DNA of 64,000 nt, from contig CAWBOC010000005.1 of assembly GCA_963790305.1 (NCBI GenBank), forward strand, positions 64,001 to 128,000, given 5' to 3'. Shown here piece after piece: positions 18,731-28,592 of this stretch. Source of the stretch: an uncultured Gemmatimonadaceae bacterium (GTDB lineage Bacteria; Gemmatimonadota; Gemmatimonadetes; Gemmatimonadales; Gemmatimonadaceae). How positions within the stretch are numbered: the first letter of the stretch is position 1; each line of letters begins with the position of its first letter. A model generated the notes under the pieces. The model was not told the origin of the DNA. It saw only the letters and a program-made list of their open reading frames with translations, and made no database searches. The position numbers were made by a program, and so were the translations under genes.

Positions 18731-20083
18731 ATGAATTCCTTCGTCGCCCTCCTGCGTCTCGCGCTCCCGATCGTCGTCGTGCAGGTCGGCATCATGCTCA
18801 TGGGAGTGATCGACACGATCATGGTCGGTCATCTCTCGGCGCGCGCCCTGGCGGCGGTCGCGCTCGGCAATCTCTATTTCTGGGCCTGCGGCATCTTCGG
18901 CATGGGCGTCATCATGGCGCTCGATCCCGTGATCGCGCAGGCGGTGGGCGCCAGAGATGAGGCCGCCGTCGCGCGTGGCTTCCAGCGCGGATTCCTGCTC
19001 GCGCTCGTGCTCACCATCCCGATATCGATCGCGGTTTTCTTTGTCGATCCGGTACTGCGGGCCCTCGGGCAGGCTGACGACGTCGTCCCGTTGGCCGTGT
19101 CGTACGCCCTGCTCTGCATTCCAGGCGTTCTGCCATTTCTCGCGTTCAGCGTTCTGCGGCAGACCCTGCAGGCAATGGAGCTGGTGCGGCCCATCGTACT
19201 GGCGATGATCGTGGCGAACCTCGCCAACATCCTGCTCAACTGGGCACTGATCTTCGGAAAGCTGGGCGCCCCGGCGCTTGGTGTCGGTGGCGCTGCGTGG
19301 GCGACGAGCGCCGCGCGGTGGTTGATGGTGCTCTTCCTCTTTGCGATCGCCTGGCGACGCCTGCGCCCGTACCTCACCCCGGTGCGCCGCGACACGTTCG
19401 CGCTCGCGCCGCTGGGACGGATGCTCGCGCTCGGCGCCCCGATCGGGCTTCAGTTTCAGCTCGAATACGGAATCTTCGCGGTGGTGGGGCTGCTGATGGG
19501 AACCATCGGGACGACGCCGCTGGCGGCCCACCAGGTCGCGCTCAATATCGCGTCGTTCACCTTCATGGTGCCGATGGGCGTCGCCGCCGCGGTCGCCGTG
19601 CTCGTGGGGCACGCCGTCGGGCGCGGCGATGCGCTCGAGGCGCGGCGGGCGGCGTCCGCGGCGCTCATTACCGGCGTCGGGTTCATGGCGCTGACGGCGA
19701 TCGTGCTGCTGGTGGCGCCGGGATTGATTGCGCGCCTTTACACACCCGATGCCTCCGTCATCGCCATCGCGGTCATTCTCATCCCGCTCGCCGGGTTCTT
19801 TCAGGTATTCGACGGGATGCAGGTCGTGTGCGGCGGCATCCTCCGGGGCCTGGGCGACACCCACTCTCCGCTCATCGCCAACATCGCCGGATTCTGGGTG
19901 CTGGGCCTCCCGTTAGGCGTGTGGCTCGGGATGCGCCTGGGCCACGGTCCCGCGGGTCTATGGTGGGGGCTGGTCGCCGGCCTGGCGGTCGTGGGCATTG
20001 TGCTGCTCGTCCGCGTGCAGGTGCGGATGAAGCGGACGTTGAAGAGAGTGGAGATCGATTACCAGGAGGCGGCGGAGATGTGA
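18731..20083 (+). CDS. MATE family efflux transporter (NorM-like)
   Basis: About 12 TM, IDTIMVGHL, AAHQVALN, FQVFDGMQ, LRGLGDT. Confidence 0.92.
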   Translation: MNSFVALLRLALPIVVVQVGIMLMGVIDTIMVGHLSARALAAVALGNLYFWACGIFGMGVIMALDPVIAQAVGARDEAAVARGFQRGFLLALVLTIPISIAVFFVDPVLRALGQADDVVPLAVSYALLCIPGVLPFLAFSVLRQTLQAMELVRPIVLAMIVANLANILLNWALIFGKLGAPALGVGGAAWATSAARWLMVLFLFAIAWRRLRPYLTPVRRDTFALAPLGRMLALGAPIGLQFQLEYGIFAVVGLLMGTIGTTPLAAHQVALNIASFTFMVPMGVAAAVAVLVGHAVGRGDALEARRAASAALITGVGFMALTAIVLLVAPGLIARLYTPDASVIAIAVILIPLAGFFQVFDGMQVVCGGILRGLGDTHSPLIANIAGFWVLGLPLGVWLGMRLGHGPAGLWWGLVAGLAVVGIVLLVRVQVRMKRTLKRVEIDYQEAAEM

Positions 20084-20084
20084 G

Positions 20085-20207
20085 CAACGAGCCGACTGCC
20101 ATCACCACAGAGGCACAGAGGGCACAGAGGAGGGCGCACTGCAGGCTGCAGTGCGCCCTCCTCTGTGCCCTCTGTGCCTCTGTGGTGATGCAGTTCAGGC
20201 TCGTCGC
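20085..20207. repeat. Family B element copy B2
   Basis: catcaccacagaggcacagagggcacagaggagggcgcactgcag and its exact reverse complement. Confidence 0.92.
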
Positions 20208-20224
20208 GGAACAACTCCCTGATC

Positions 20225-20587
20225 TCACGTCTCTTCCATCACCGACACCCCCTCCCGCCCGCTCATCTGCCACTCGATGTAGAGACGTACCTGCCCGCCC
20301 GAGGTGTGCTGCGGCGTCGCCCAGCAGCGTCCCGTCTCGATGCGGAGCGCTTCGGTCACGTGCTGAAAGCGACCCTCGAGACAGCCCATGGCGCGCACGA
20401 TCGCGAGCAGCGTTCCATGCTCGACGTTCTCTCCCGTGTAGGTCCCGACCACGATGTCTCCGAACTGCCGGCATTCGAGCACGACGTTCCGCGATGTCGG
20501 AACACCTCCGGTGAGCGTCAAGCGGAAGCGACGGCCCTCGTACGATGGCGTCCGCTCCGCTTCGCTGCGCGAATAAGCTTCAGGCAT
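20225..20587 (-). CDS. Small hypothetical beta-rich protein
   Basis: ORF tail with Q.GD.V.G.Y.G..V..G.L and L..EWQ pattern; start uncertain. Confidence 0.6.
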   Translation of the reverse strand: MPEAYSRSEAERTPSYEGRRFRLTLTGGVPTSRNVVLECRQFGDIVVGTYTGENVEHGTLLAIVRAMGCLEGRFQHVTEALRIETGRCWATPQHTSGGQVRLYIEWQMSGREGVSVMEET

Positions 20588-20842
20588 CCGTCGCCGGGAT
20601 ACGCACGGCCGGGAAGATGACGGGTCACATACAACCGCACATCTCCCCCGGGACGAGGCGCATGTAATGGTTGACCACCGCCCTTTATCCGCGTGCGGGT
20701 CGGGCCCATGAAGGCCGGACGTTAGGCGACCGGTTCGCGTCTTTACCGAATCTGTACAATCCTCCGACGCGCCGCGCACCCCTGTTTCCATTCCGCGCTG
20801 CATTATCGCGGAGAGGCACCCGTGGTTCCCGTTTATCCGGAG

Positions 20843-21538
20843 ATGCACATGGCCATGCTGACCGTCATCGCGCTGGCCGCGGTCATCGTCGTCGAAGAGG
20901 AAGGCTCGCCTCGTGCTGAGTCGCCGGTCTCCGTCCCGCGCTCCCGCGCGGTCGTGATCGACGGGAACATCGAAGAGGCCGAGTGGCGCGGAAGTGCGGT
21001 GGTGAGACGACCGGAGGGGGAAATGCTGCTGCGCCACGACGGCAAATACCTCTACATCGGCGTCCGCGCGGCGCGACGCGGCTTCCCCAGCGTGTGCCTC
21101 ATGCGCGGCAACACCGTTCGCGTCATGCACGCCTCGTTCGCTCTCGGCAATGTGATCTACGCGAAGACGAACGCAACGTGGCGCCTGGGCGCGCCGTTCG
21201 AGTGGGAGCCGCCTGCGCGCGCGGTCGGCAGCGATCGGGATCCGCAGCGCGCCAAATTCCTCGCTGAGCGCGGATGGCTCGGAAGCACCGTGCCAATGGG
21301 AAACCCGCGGCATGCCGAGATACAGATCGCGCTGGATCAGCTCGACCGACGCGACCTGCGCATTTCACTGGCGTTCCTCATGGAAGACCAGGGGCGCGGC
21401 GAAGAGATCGCCTCATGGTCTCGGCTCGGCGCCCGCCCCGCACGCGACGGCTGCGCCAACGAGCGGCTCGTGCGCGGCTACGCCCCGGAGCGGCTCACGT
21501 TTCGGAAGAATGCCTGGACGCGTGTGAAGCTGACGTAG
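20843..21538 (+). CDS. Hypothetical exported protein (DOMON/CBM9-like IDG.I.E.EW motif)
   Basis: Signal-like N-terminus; VIDGNIEEAEW...YLYIG. Confidence 0.6.
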   Translation: MHMAMLTVIALAAVIVVEEEGSPRAESPVSVPRSRAVVIDGNIEEAEWRGSAVVRRPEGEMLLRHDGKYLYIGVRAARRGFPSVCLMRGNTVRVMHASFALGNVIYAKTNATWRLGAPFEWEPPARAVGSDRDPQRAKFLAERGWLGSTVPMGNPRHAEIQIALDQLDRRDLRISLAFLMEDQGRGEEIASWSRLGARPARDGCANERLVRGYAPERLTFRKNAWTRVKLT

Positions 21539-21616
21539 TCGAGGGTGTCGAGGTGATCGAGGAGAGCAACGACGTTCCCTCGATTACCTCGACGACCTGG
21601 ATTACCTCGAGTACCT
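21536..21616. repeat. Family C element copy C2 (inverted relative to C1)
   Basis: Core is the reverse complement of the C1 core with 2 differences. Confidence 0.85.
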
Positions 21617-22091
21617 ATCTCTTCGCACACCCCTCTCGCCGCGCGGTGTCCGAGAGCGCAACGATCTTCCAGCCCGCACTCGTCTTGAGCAGCTGAAACG
21701 CGTCCACCCCACAGTGGCTGAACTTGTCGCCCAGGTGGAAGTCGTATTCCGTCCACACCGAGGCGAGCGCGCCGTCGATCCGAACCTCCGGGGCGAACAT
21801 CCGCTCATTCCACGGCTCGGTCGCGCGTCCGAGTGCCTCGATGAACTCCGAGACCGCCGTCAACTGCACGCGCGCCTCCCCGTTGCGATTGACGACCCGC
21901 GACAGCATCGCCGACGAATCGAACACCGAACGGGCCATCGCGGTATCTCTTGCCTTCATGCCATCCCAGAGTCGCTGGACGACGGCGAGCACCGCCGCTC
22001 GCTCGTCAGGCGAAGCCCCGGATGCTTGCCCGTGAGCGAGTGACGGCGCCAGAGACAGCAGGCCGATCAGTGTCACGCGAAATCGAGTCAT
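21615..22091 (-). CDS. NTF2-like exported protein
   Basis: EVRIDGALASVWTEYDF..SHCGVDAFQL...GWKIV. Confidence 0.82.
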   Translation of the reverse strand: MTRFRVTLIGLLSLAPSLAHGQASGASPDERAAVLAVVQRLWDGMKARDTAMARSVFDSSAMLSRVVNRNGEARVQLTAVSEFIEALGRATEPWNERMFAPEVRIDGALASVWTEYDFHLGDKFSHCGVDAFQLLKTSAGWKIVALSDTARREGCAKR

Positions 22092-22095
22092 TCGG

Positions 22096-23520
22096 TCACC
22101 CTCTCGGGGCGCCTGCGTTGCGAGCCGCCATCTCGGTGAGCATCCGATCCAGCTCCGCGGATGGCAGCCAGCGTCCGCGAACCATGACGCCCGCGCGCCG
22201 CGCGACATTGCGCACATCGGTGAGCGGATTGGCATCGAGCAGGATGAGATCGGCGCGATTGCCCACCGTCACCGTTCCGAACTTCCCGTCGAGCTTCAGG
22301 TCCTTGGCGGCATACTCGGCGACGTTTCGCGTCCCCGACTCGAGCACCTGATAGGGCCTGAGCCCCGCTTCCTGCATCAGCTCGATCTCGTGGTGGAGGG
22401 CGAACCCGGGAACGTTGAACATCTGCGGGGAGTCGGTGCCCATGAGCAGCTTCGCGCCCGAGTCCGCGAGCGTCTTGAGCAGGGTGCGTCGCAGCGAGAG
22501 ATACCGCGTCGACACATCCGCGCTCACGCCGTTAGCCTGATCCTGCTGAATGCGGTTGCGCTTCTGATTCGACCAACCGGTGATCCACTGCGGCTGGGCA
22601 TACTTCATCTCCGACCGCTTGGCCATGTCCTCGGGCGACTCGGGCGAGAAGAAGCTCTCCCAGAGGAACGCCGTCGGGACGTTCCACGTGCCCGCCTTAC
22701 GAGTGTCGGCCGCCAGCGCCGCGAAGCGCGAGGCGTCGACGGCATTCACCATCTCGCCAAGGTTGGCCTGATCGGCCATCACGCGCATGCGCAGGGCCTC
22801 GGGGACCGCCGCCTCGAGGTAGCCATCGAGGTGGTCGATGGTGGATTGCCGGTTCGCGAGCGTGTGCTCGAGCCCTACGCCTTGCGAGATGTGGCCCGCG
22901 TACGTGATGCCGACAGCGCGGGACGCGGCGACGATCGAATCGTACGATGTCCGCGGGATGCCCGGGTGCAGCTTGAGGAAATCGTACCCCGCAGCCTTGT
23001 GCTCGCGCACCAGCCGGGCGGCGGTCGCGGGATCGGTGGCGTTGTTTCCGTTGAGCGACGGGGCTCCGACGAAGATCGTGGGGCCGAGCATCTCGCCGCT
23101 GGCGGTCCTGGTGCGCAGGGCGAGCTGATTCGGGGCGCCGAGCATGCCGCGGATGGTCGTGACGCCGTTCGCGATGTAGAGGGTGAAGATGTCGCGAATC
23201 ACCTGCTCCGACGCCTGCGCACCAGGAATGTGCGCGTGCATCTCGGCAAGCCCGGGCATGAGATACTTGCCTCGCGCGTCCACGCGTACCGCTCCCGCGG
23301 GCACGCGCGCGCGTGCGGAGGGCCCGATCGAGGCGATCCGCCCGTCGCGCACGATCACCGTCTGTCCCTCGAGGACTCGCTCGCGATCCATCGGGATGAC
23401 GTTGACGTCGACGAAGGCGACGACGGGCGCGGCCGGCGCGTTCTGCGCTCTCAGCGGGGCGGCGAGAGGGATCGCGACGGCGGCAAGCGCCGCAAGACGT
23501 GTCAAATGGAATGGCTTCAT
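22096..23520 (-). CDS. Secreted amidohydrolase
   Basis: PGLAEMHAH, GTDSP, GNRADLILLDANPL. Confidence 0.9.
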   Translation of the reverse strand: MKPFHLTRLAALAAVAIPLAAPLRAQNAPAAPVVAFVDVNVIPMDRERVLEGQTVIVRDGRIASIGPSARARVPAGAVRVDARGKYLMPGLAEMHAHIPGAQASEQVIRDIFTLYIANGVTTIRGMLGAPNQLALRTRTASGEMLGPTIFVGAPSLNGNNATDPATAARLVREHKAAGYDFLKLHPGIPRTSYDSIVAASRAVGITYAGHISQGVGLEHTLANRQSTIDHLDGYLEAAVPEALRMRVMADQANLGEMVNAVDASRFAALAADTRKAGTWNVPTAFLWESFFSPESPEDMAKRSEMKYAQPQWITGWSNQKRNRIQQDQANGVSADVSTRYLSLRRTLLKTLADSGAKLLMGTDSPQMFNVPGFALHHEIELMQEAGLRPYQVLESGTRNVAEYAAKDLKLDGKFGTVTVGNRADLILLDANPLTDVRNVARRAGVMVRGRWLPSAELDRMLTEMAARNAGAPRG

Positions 23521-23748
23521 GGCACGGCCAGGAGAGGAGAGTCCGGGGCAAGGAGCCCGGTGGCGGGGGGCGATTCCGGGTATCCCCCCGGCCAACCGGA
23601 ATCCTGAAGAACCACGCGCGTCTATGATGGCGCCTGGGCTCAGCCGCGGAAGGGGAAGGGTTTGGATATTACCGAGCACTTACACCGGACGGGCGCGCCC
23701 GGCCCTGCTGGGTGTTTGCGCCTTCCTCACGTTCCCCAAGTCATGACT

Positions 23749-23846
23749 GCATAACCACAGAGGCACAGAGGGCACAGAGGACGGCGAACTGCAAAGGCCT
23801 TTGCAGTTCGCCGTCCTCTGTGCCCTCTGTGCCTCTGTAGTTATGC
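23749..23846. repeat. Family B element copy B3
   Basis: gcataaccacagaggcacagagggcacagaggacggcgaactgcaaagg plus reverse complement (1 mismatch). Confidence 0.92.
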
Positions 23847-23872
23847 TCCTTGGCTCGTTGCGCAGACGGATC

Positions 23873-24172
23873 CTACACGCGCGTAGGAGTCTCCGCCGCC
23901 TTCGCTACCGGTAAGAAAGTCGATGTAGACGGCAGTGGCTCGAGTCGCGTCGCGTGCAGACAGGAGTCTTCGAGCTGCCGCACCGGGAGGCGCATCCAAT
24001 CATCGGGGTAAGGAGCGAGCCGTCGTTTCTCACCGGAGGACTCGAAGAGCAGCCATCCGCGCGCGAACTCCGGGTCGGTGAGCAAGTACGTGGGAATCAT
24101 CGCCAGGTTGGGATCCTTCACTTCGCGGACGATCCAATCACGTCCCTTGCTGTCTACGAACCTCGTTATCAC
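23873..24172 (-). CDS. Small hypothetical protein (GWLLFES..EKRRLAP.P..W)
   Basis: GTG start after GGAGG; plausible composition. Confidence 0.7.
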   Translation of the reverse strand: MITRFVDSKGRDWIVREVKDPNLAMIPTYLLTDPEFARGWLLFESSGEKRRLAPYPDDWMRLPVRQLEDSCLHATRLEPLPSTSTFLPVAKAAETPTRV

Positions 24173-24311
24173 GATCCACCTCCGCAGCGACCTCGCATCA
24201 AGAAAATGCAATTGTCAACCGATCGCGGTGATGCTTGTCACGAGGGTACGTGCGCATACACACTGTTGTGCATCTTCGCCGTTCGCGCAAGTGTCATTCG
24301 GAGGACGGCAG

Positions 24312-24422
24312 AGACGTCAGATATCAGAATTCAGAACTCAGATAAAAACATACGGGGAGCCAATACTGGCTCCCCGTTGTCGTTTCTGACATTCGAATTC
24401 TGAATTCTGATATCTGACGTCT
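24312..24422. repeat. Palindromic element family F (TCAGAAT/ATTCTGA arms) enclosing a terminator-like hairpin
   Basis: gacgtcagatatcagaattcagaactcaga ... tctgaattctgatatctgacgtc. Confidence 0.88.
24342..24378 (-). terminator. Probable intrinsic terminator downstream of the DinB-like gene
   Basis: 11-bp stem acggggagcca/tggctccccgt followed by ATGTTTTTAT on the minus strand. Confidence 0.6.
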
Positions 24423-24976
24423 TAGTCCGACCAGGGAGGAACGACTCCGTTCACGCGTGCGTACGCGATCAGCTGCCCCAGATGCTCACCGAGATGGCGC
24501 GCCATGAAGAAGGAGAAGCTCCGGCCCGTCATGTCCATCCCGAAGACCTTCATCGCCTTGTCGGCATCCGCGTCCTTCATCGAGCTCGCCGCCGCCTCGA
24601 TGTGCGCGAATGATTTCTTCAGCTCGGCGATGATTTTCGCCTTGTCGGTCGTCGACGCCTCGTAGCCCTGCCCGGAGAATCCGGCCGGCGCCTTGATCCC
24701 AGCCATTCCCGGGAGGCCCTGGTTCGCTGCCGAGACGTGCAGCAGAACTTCCGCCACCGACCGCACCCCGGCGGCCGGACGCCACGTGAACTTGTCCGCT
24801 GGAATCGCCTCGGCGAGCTGCGTGAAGCGACCTTCGAAGTACTTCATCTCTTTCAGAAACTCGGCGCGATACCCGGACGTGGGTTCGGCCGAGGTGGCCG
24901 CCGCTGCCTGTGCCCCCGCCACGGACACGACGCCCGTGAGCGCCGCGGCGATGAGCGTGAACCGAACTGTGCGCAT
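24422..24976 (-). CDS. DinB/YfiT family protein, exported
   Basis: WRPAAGVRSVAEVLLH, HLGEHLGQLIAYAR..G.VPPWS. Confidence 0.88.
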   Translation of the reverse strand: MRTVRFTLIAAALTGVVSVAGAQAAAATSAEPTSGYRAEFLKEMKYFEGRFTQLAEAIPADKFTWRPAAGVRSVAEVLLHVSAANQGLPGMAGIKAPAGFSGQGYEASTTDKAKIIAELKKSFAHIEAAASSMKDADADKAMKVFGMDMTGRSFSFFMARHLGEHLGQLIAYARVNGVVPPWSD

Positions 24977-25074
24977 TGATGATCTCCAGTGAGAGTGATC
25001 AAAATCGGTGGCCTGGTGGGCCATCCCGCAAGCCTCGGATCGTCAGAAAACCATGGGGAAGATGACCCCGTGAC

Positions 25075-25828
25075 TCAGCTCACTTTCCCGACGCGCACGC
25101 TCAGCCGCCAGGCCACGCGGCGTGCCTCGTGAGGATCCCCCCAAACCTCGCGCAACCCGGCCTCGAAGTCGACCGTGGGGTCTTCGTTCAATGCCTTACG
25201 ATACGCACTCGTCGCCGACCAGGTGCTGACGTAGCCAACGAGCTGGTCGACCGTCCATCGCTCTGCCATTCTCGAAGTCAGGCACCGCGATCTCGTCGAA
25301 CGGCATCCGGATCGAGCGGTACCCCTCGTCGACCAGATGGCGCTCCGGCGGCCAGTAGGGGCCGATGACCGACCTGGCGAAGTGACGGAGGACCCCGTCG
25401 GCCACGGGATGATCGATTACGACGTCGTTGTAGCTCCACACCGCGACCAGCCCAGCCGGCCGCGCCACGCGCGCAGCCTCGCGAAAGAACGCGTCAATGT
25501 CGAGCCAGTGCAGCGCCTGTGCGACGGTCACGAGATCGCACGTCCCCGTCGGAATCCCGCTCCGCTCGCCGGGAGCGATCCGCCATTCGACGCGAGGATG
25601 CGCCGGCGCTTCGGCGATCTGCGCGGCGCTCGAGTCGGTGCCGATCACTCGATCGAATCGCGCGGCGAGATCGATCGTCGCCTGCCCATTCCCGCACGCA
25701 CAGTCCCACGCCAGCATACGCGCGGGCGCACGGCCAGCGAGAAAATCGAACAGCTCGCCCGGATAGCGGGGTCGATAGGCCGCGTAGCCGTGCGCGATCT
25801 GGGAGAAGTGGTCGCGAGACGTGGTCAC
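25075..25828 (-). CDS. Class I SAM-dependent methyltransferase, frameshifted near 25270
   Basis: DHFS..A..YA.YRPRYP, WDCACGNGQ, VAQALHW; C-terminal GYVSTWSA in a shifted frame. Confidence 0.82.
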
Positions 25829-25832
25829 TCCC

Positions 25833-26805
25833 TCACAAGGGAATCAGTCCCTTCTCGATCTCGGACCTTCGGCCTTCCAGGAACGGCGGCAAGGAAAGAC
25901 GCTCACCGAGATGCTCGAGCGGCTCATCGGCGGTCATGCCCGGTCCATCGGTCGCGATCTCGAACAGCACCCCACTCGGAGTCATGAAGTAGATCGAGTG
26001 GAAATAGAAACGGTCGATCACGGGCGTCACCTGAAATCCGGCGTTGCCGATTCGGTCGCGCCAGGCCGCGTGGGTCGCATCGGTCGGCGTACGCAGGGCG
26101 ACGTGATGCACCCCGCCTCGCCCGAACCGCCCACGCGGCGCATCACGACGGACCGCCAGGTGAAGCTGCGCATCGACATCCCCGTCAGCGGTAGCGAACA
26201 CGAGGACACTCGTCTCCGCTGTGACATTCGGGCGAAGTGCGCGTGACATATTCGTTGGCCTGACGAAAGCCGAGCACATCGGTAAGAAACGAGCTCATCG
26301 GGCGAGGGTCGGCGACTTCGATCGTCGCCGGACCGAGTCCCTTCACCCCATGCTCCTGCCCCACGTCTTCAGCACTCCACGCGACACCGTTCGCGAGACC
26401 GCGATCGTCGACGAGCACGAGCGATTGTCCCTCTGGATCGAGAAAGCGCAGGGTCACGCGCCCATTCTCTTCCGCGATGTCACTGTGCGTGACACCCGCG
26501 CTCGTCAGGCGCCGCGCCCACCACTCCAGGGCCTCCTCGCTTCCGACACGCAGGCCCGTCGATGCGATGGTGCCCGGGCCGCGCCGCCGCGGTACCGCAT
26601 GCGCCCAATCGAAGAACGTGAGCTCGGAGCCAGGGCTGGCAACCGCATCCCCGTAGAAGAGGTGATACGCGGTGACATCGTCCTGGTTGACGGTCTTCTT
26701 CGTGAGACGCATGCCAAGGGTTCGCGTATAAAAACGGACGTTCTCGGCGGCCGAGCCCGTGATGGCGGTGACGTGGTGAAGTCCAGTAAGGGCGCCCGGC
26801 GGCAT
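25833..26805 (-). CDS. Ring-cleaving dioxygenase/glyoxalase (MhqO-like VOC), frameshifted near 26240
   Basis: GLHHVTAI, KKTVNQDD..AYHLFYGD; C-half GVHHVA, DRFYFHSIYF, LFEIATDGPG. Confidence 0.85.
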
Positions 26806-27012
26806 TCGTGCTCTTTGCCGACTGACTGCCCTGAACCGTAGTCGTGTCCATGGTGTACCTACCCGCGAAATGAGACGCTGGGAGCGACACTGACAGGTTA
26901 TCGCTCCCGGGTGACCAACGCGATAGTCGTGGCCTGGGTTCTCGATTCGGGGCCAGGCCGGTCCTCGCGCCACGTGTTCCGTCCCCCGCGTCGGCGTGTA
27001 ACGTTTCCTCAT

Positions 27013-28548
27013 ATGGAGAATCATTTGCGATCGATTTTGACGATGCTCGCCCTGGCGCTCACACCACTCCTCGTGGAGGCGCAGCACCCGCACACGACGG
27101 CCAAGCTGCTCAATGGGCTCGGCGACCACCATCACGCAATCACGACGAAGAGCCCGCAGGCGCAGCGCTTCTTCGACCAGGGGCTCGCGCTCGCGTACGC
27201 CTTCAATCATCCGGAAGCGAAGCGGTCGTTCGAGGAGGCGGCGCGCCTCGACCCGTCGTGCGCCATGTGCCATTGGGGGATCGCCTTCGTGCTCGGCCCC
27301 AACATCAACGCGTCGATGGACCCGGCGGTGAACGCGGAGGCATATTCGGCATCGCGCCGAGCGCTGGCGCTGGCGCCTAACGTCACCGCTCGAGAGCGCG
27401 CCTACGTTGAAGCGCTGGCGAAGCGGTACGCCGAGCGTTCACCAGAGAACCGCGCCCCGCTCGACAGCGCGTTCGCGCGCGCGATGCGCGAGGTCGCCAC
27501 ACGCTTTCCAGCGGACGACGATGCCAGGACCATCTACGCCGAAGCGCTGATGGATTTGACGCCGTGGACGTACTGGACTCGCGATAAGCGCCCTCTTCCT
27601 GGCACGGCCGACCTCATCGCGGCGCTCGAGACCGTCAGTGCGCGGAATCCCAAGCATCCCGGCGCCTGTCATCTGTACATCCACGCCGTCGAATCGGCCT
27701 TCCCAGAACGAGCGGTGGCCTGTGCCGAGCGGCTGGCGGCGCTCATGCCGTCAGCTGGCCACATCGTGCACATGCCGGCGCACATCTACCTCCGCGTGGG
27801 GCGGTACGAGGACGCCATCCGCGCGAACGAGCACGCCGTCCACGCCGACGAGACCTACATCGCCGACCAGCGAGCCGAGAGCTTCTATACGGTCGCGTAC
27901 TATCCGCACAACTATCACTTTCTCGCGTTCGCCGCGATCATGGCTGGCCTCGACTCCCGCGCGCTCGAGGCTGCACGTGCAGCGGCGTCGAAGATTCCGC
28001 TGGACATCGCCGCCGTCGCGCCAGATCTCCAGCTTCTGGTCGCGTATCCACACGTGACGCTGGCGACGTTCGACCGCTTCGACGAAGTGCTTCGCGAGCC
28101 GCTTCCCCGGAGCGACCTCCGCGTCGCGACCGGCCTCGCATGGTTCGCGCGCGGAGTCGCGTTCGCCGCCAAACAACGGTTCGCCGACGCGAGAGCCGCC
28201 CTCGACACCGTCCGCGCGATATCAGCCGCGTTGACGACCAATCCGGGGGATCCGGTGATGAGCATCGCCGAGCGAGTGCTCGCGGCGCAGATCGCCATGC
28301 GATTGGGAAGGCCCGCCGATGCGATCGCGCCCCTCACCGAGGCGAAGGACATCGAGGACGGCTTGATGTACATGGAGCCGCCCTTCTGGCACCAACCCGT
28401 GCGCCACGTTCTGGGTGCGGCGCTCCTCGAGCTTGGCCGCCCGGCGGACGCGGAACGGGTCTATCGCGAAGACCTTGCGAGGTTTCCAAAGAACGTGTGG
28501 AGCATGCGCGGTCTCGAGCGGAGCTCCCGCGCGTCGAGGCAGAACTGA
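27013..28548 (+). CDS. Exported TPR-repeat protein
   Basis: AQRFFDQGL..YAFNH.EA, HPGACHLYIH, GHIVHMPAHIY. Confidence 0.85.
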   Translation: MENHLRSILTMLALALTPLLVEAQHPHTTAKLLNGLGDHHHAITTKSPQAQRFFDQGLALAYAFNHPEAKRSFEEAARLDPSCAMCHWGIAFVLGPNINASMDPAVNAEAYSASRRALALAPNVTARERAYVEALAKRYAERSPENRAPLDSAFARAMREVATRFPADDDARTIYAEALMDLTPWTYWTRDKRPLPGTADLIAALETVSARNPKHPGACHLYIHAVESAFPERAVACAERLAALMPSAGHIVHMPAHIYLRVGRYEDAIRANEHAVHADETYIADQRAESFYTVAYYPHNYHFLAFAAIMAGLDSRALEAARAAASKIPLDIAAVAPDLQLLVAYPHVTLATFDRFDEVLREPLPRSDLRVATGLAWFARGVAFAAKQRFADARAALDTVRAISAALTTNPGDPVMSIAERVLAAQIAMRLGRPADAIAPLTEAKDIEDGLMYMEPPFWHQPVRHVLGAALLELGRPADAERVYREDLARFPKNVWSMRGLERSSRASRQN

Positions 28549-28592
28549 GGGACGATTGCGGAGTCATCGCAACGCGCCTCAGTCGCGTGGAC

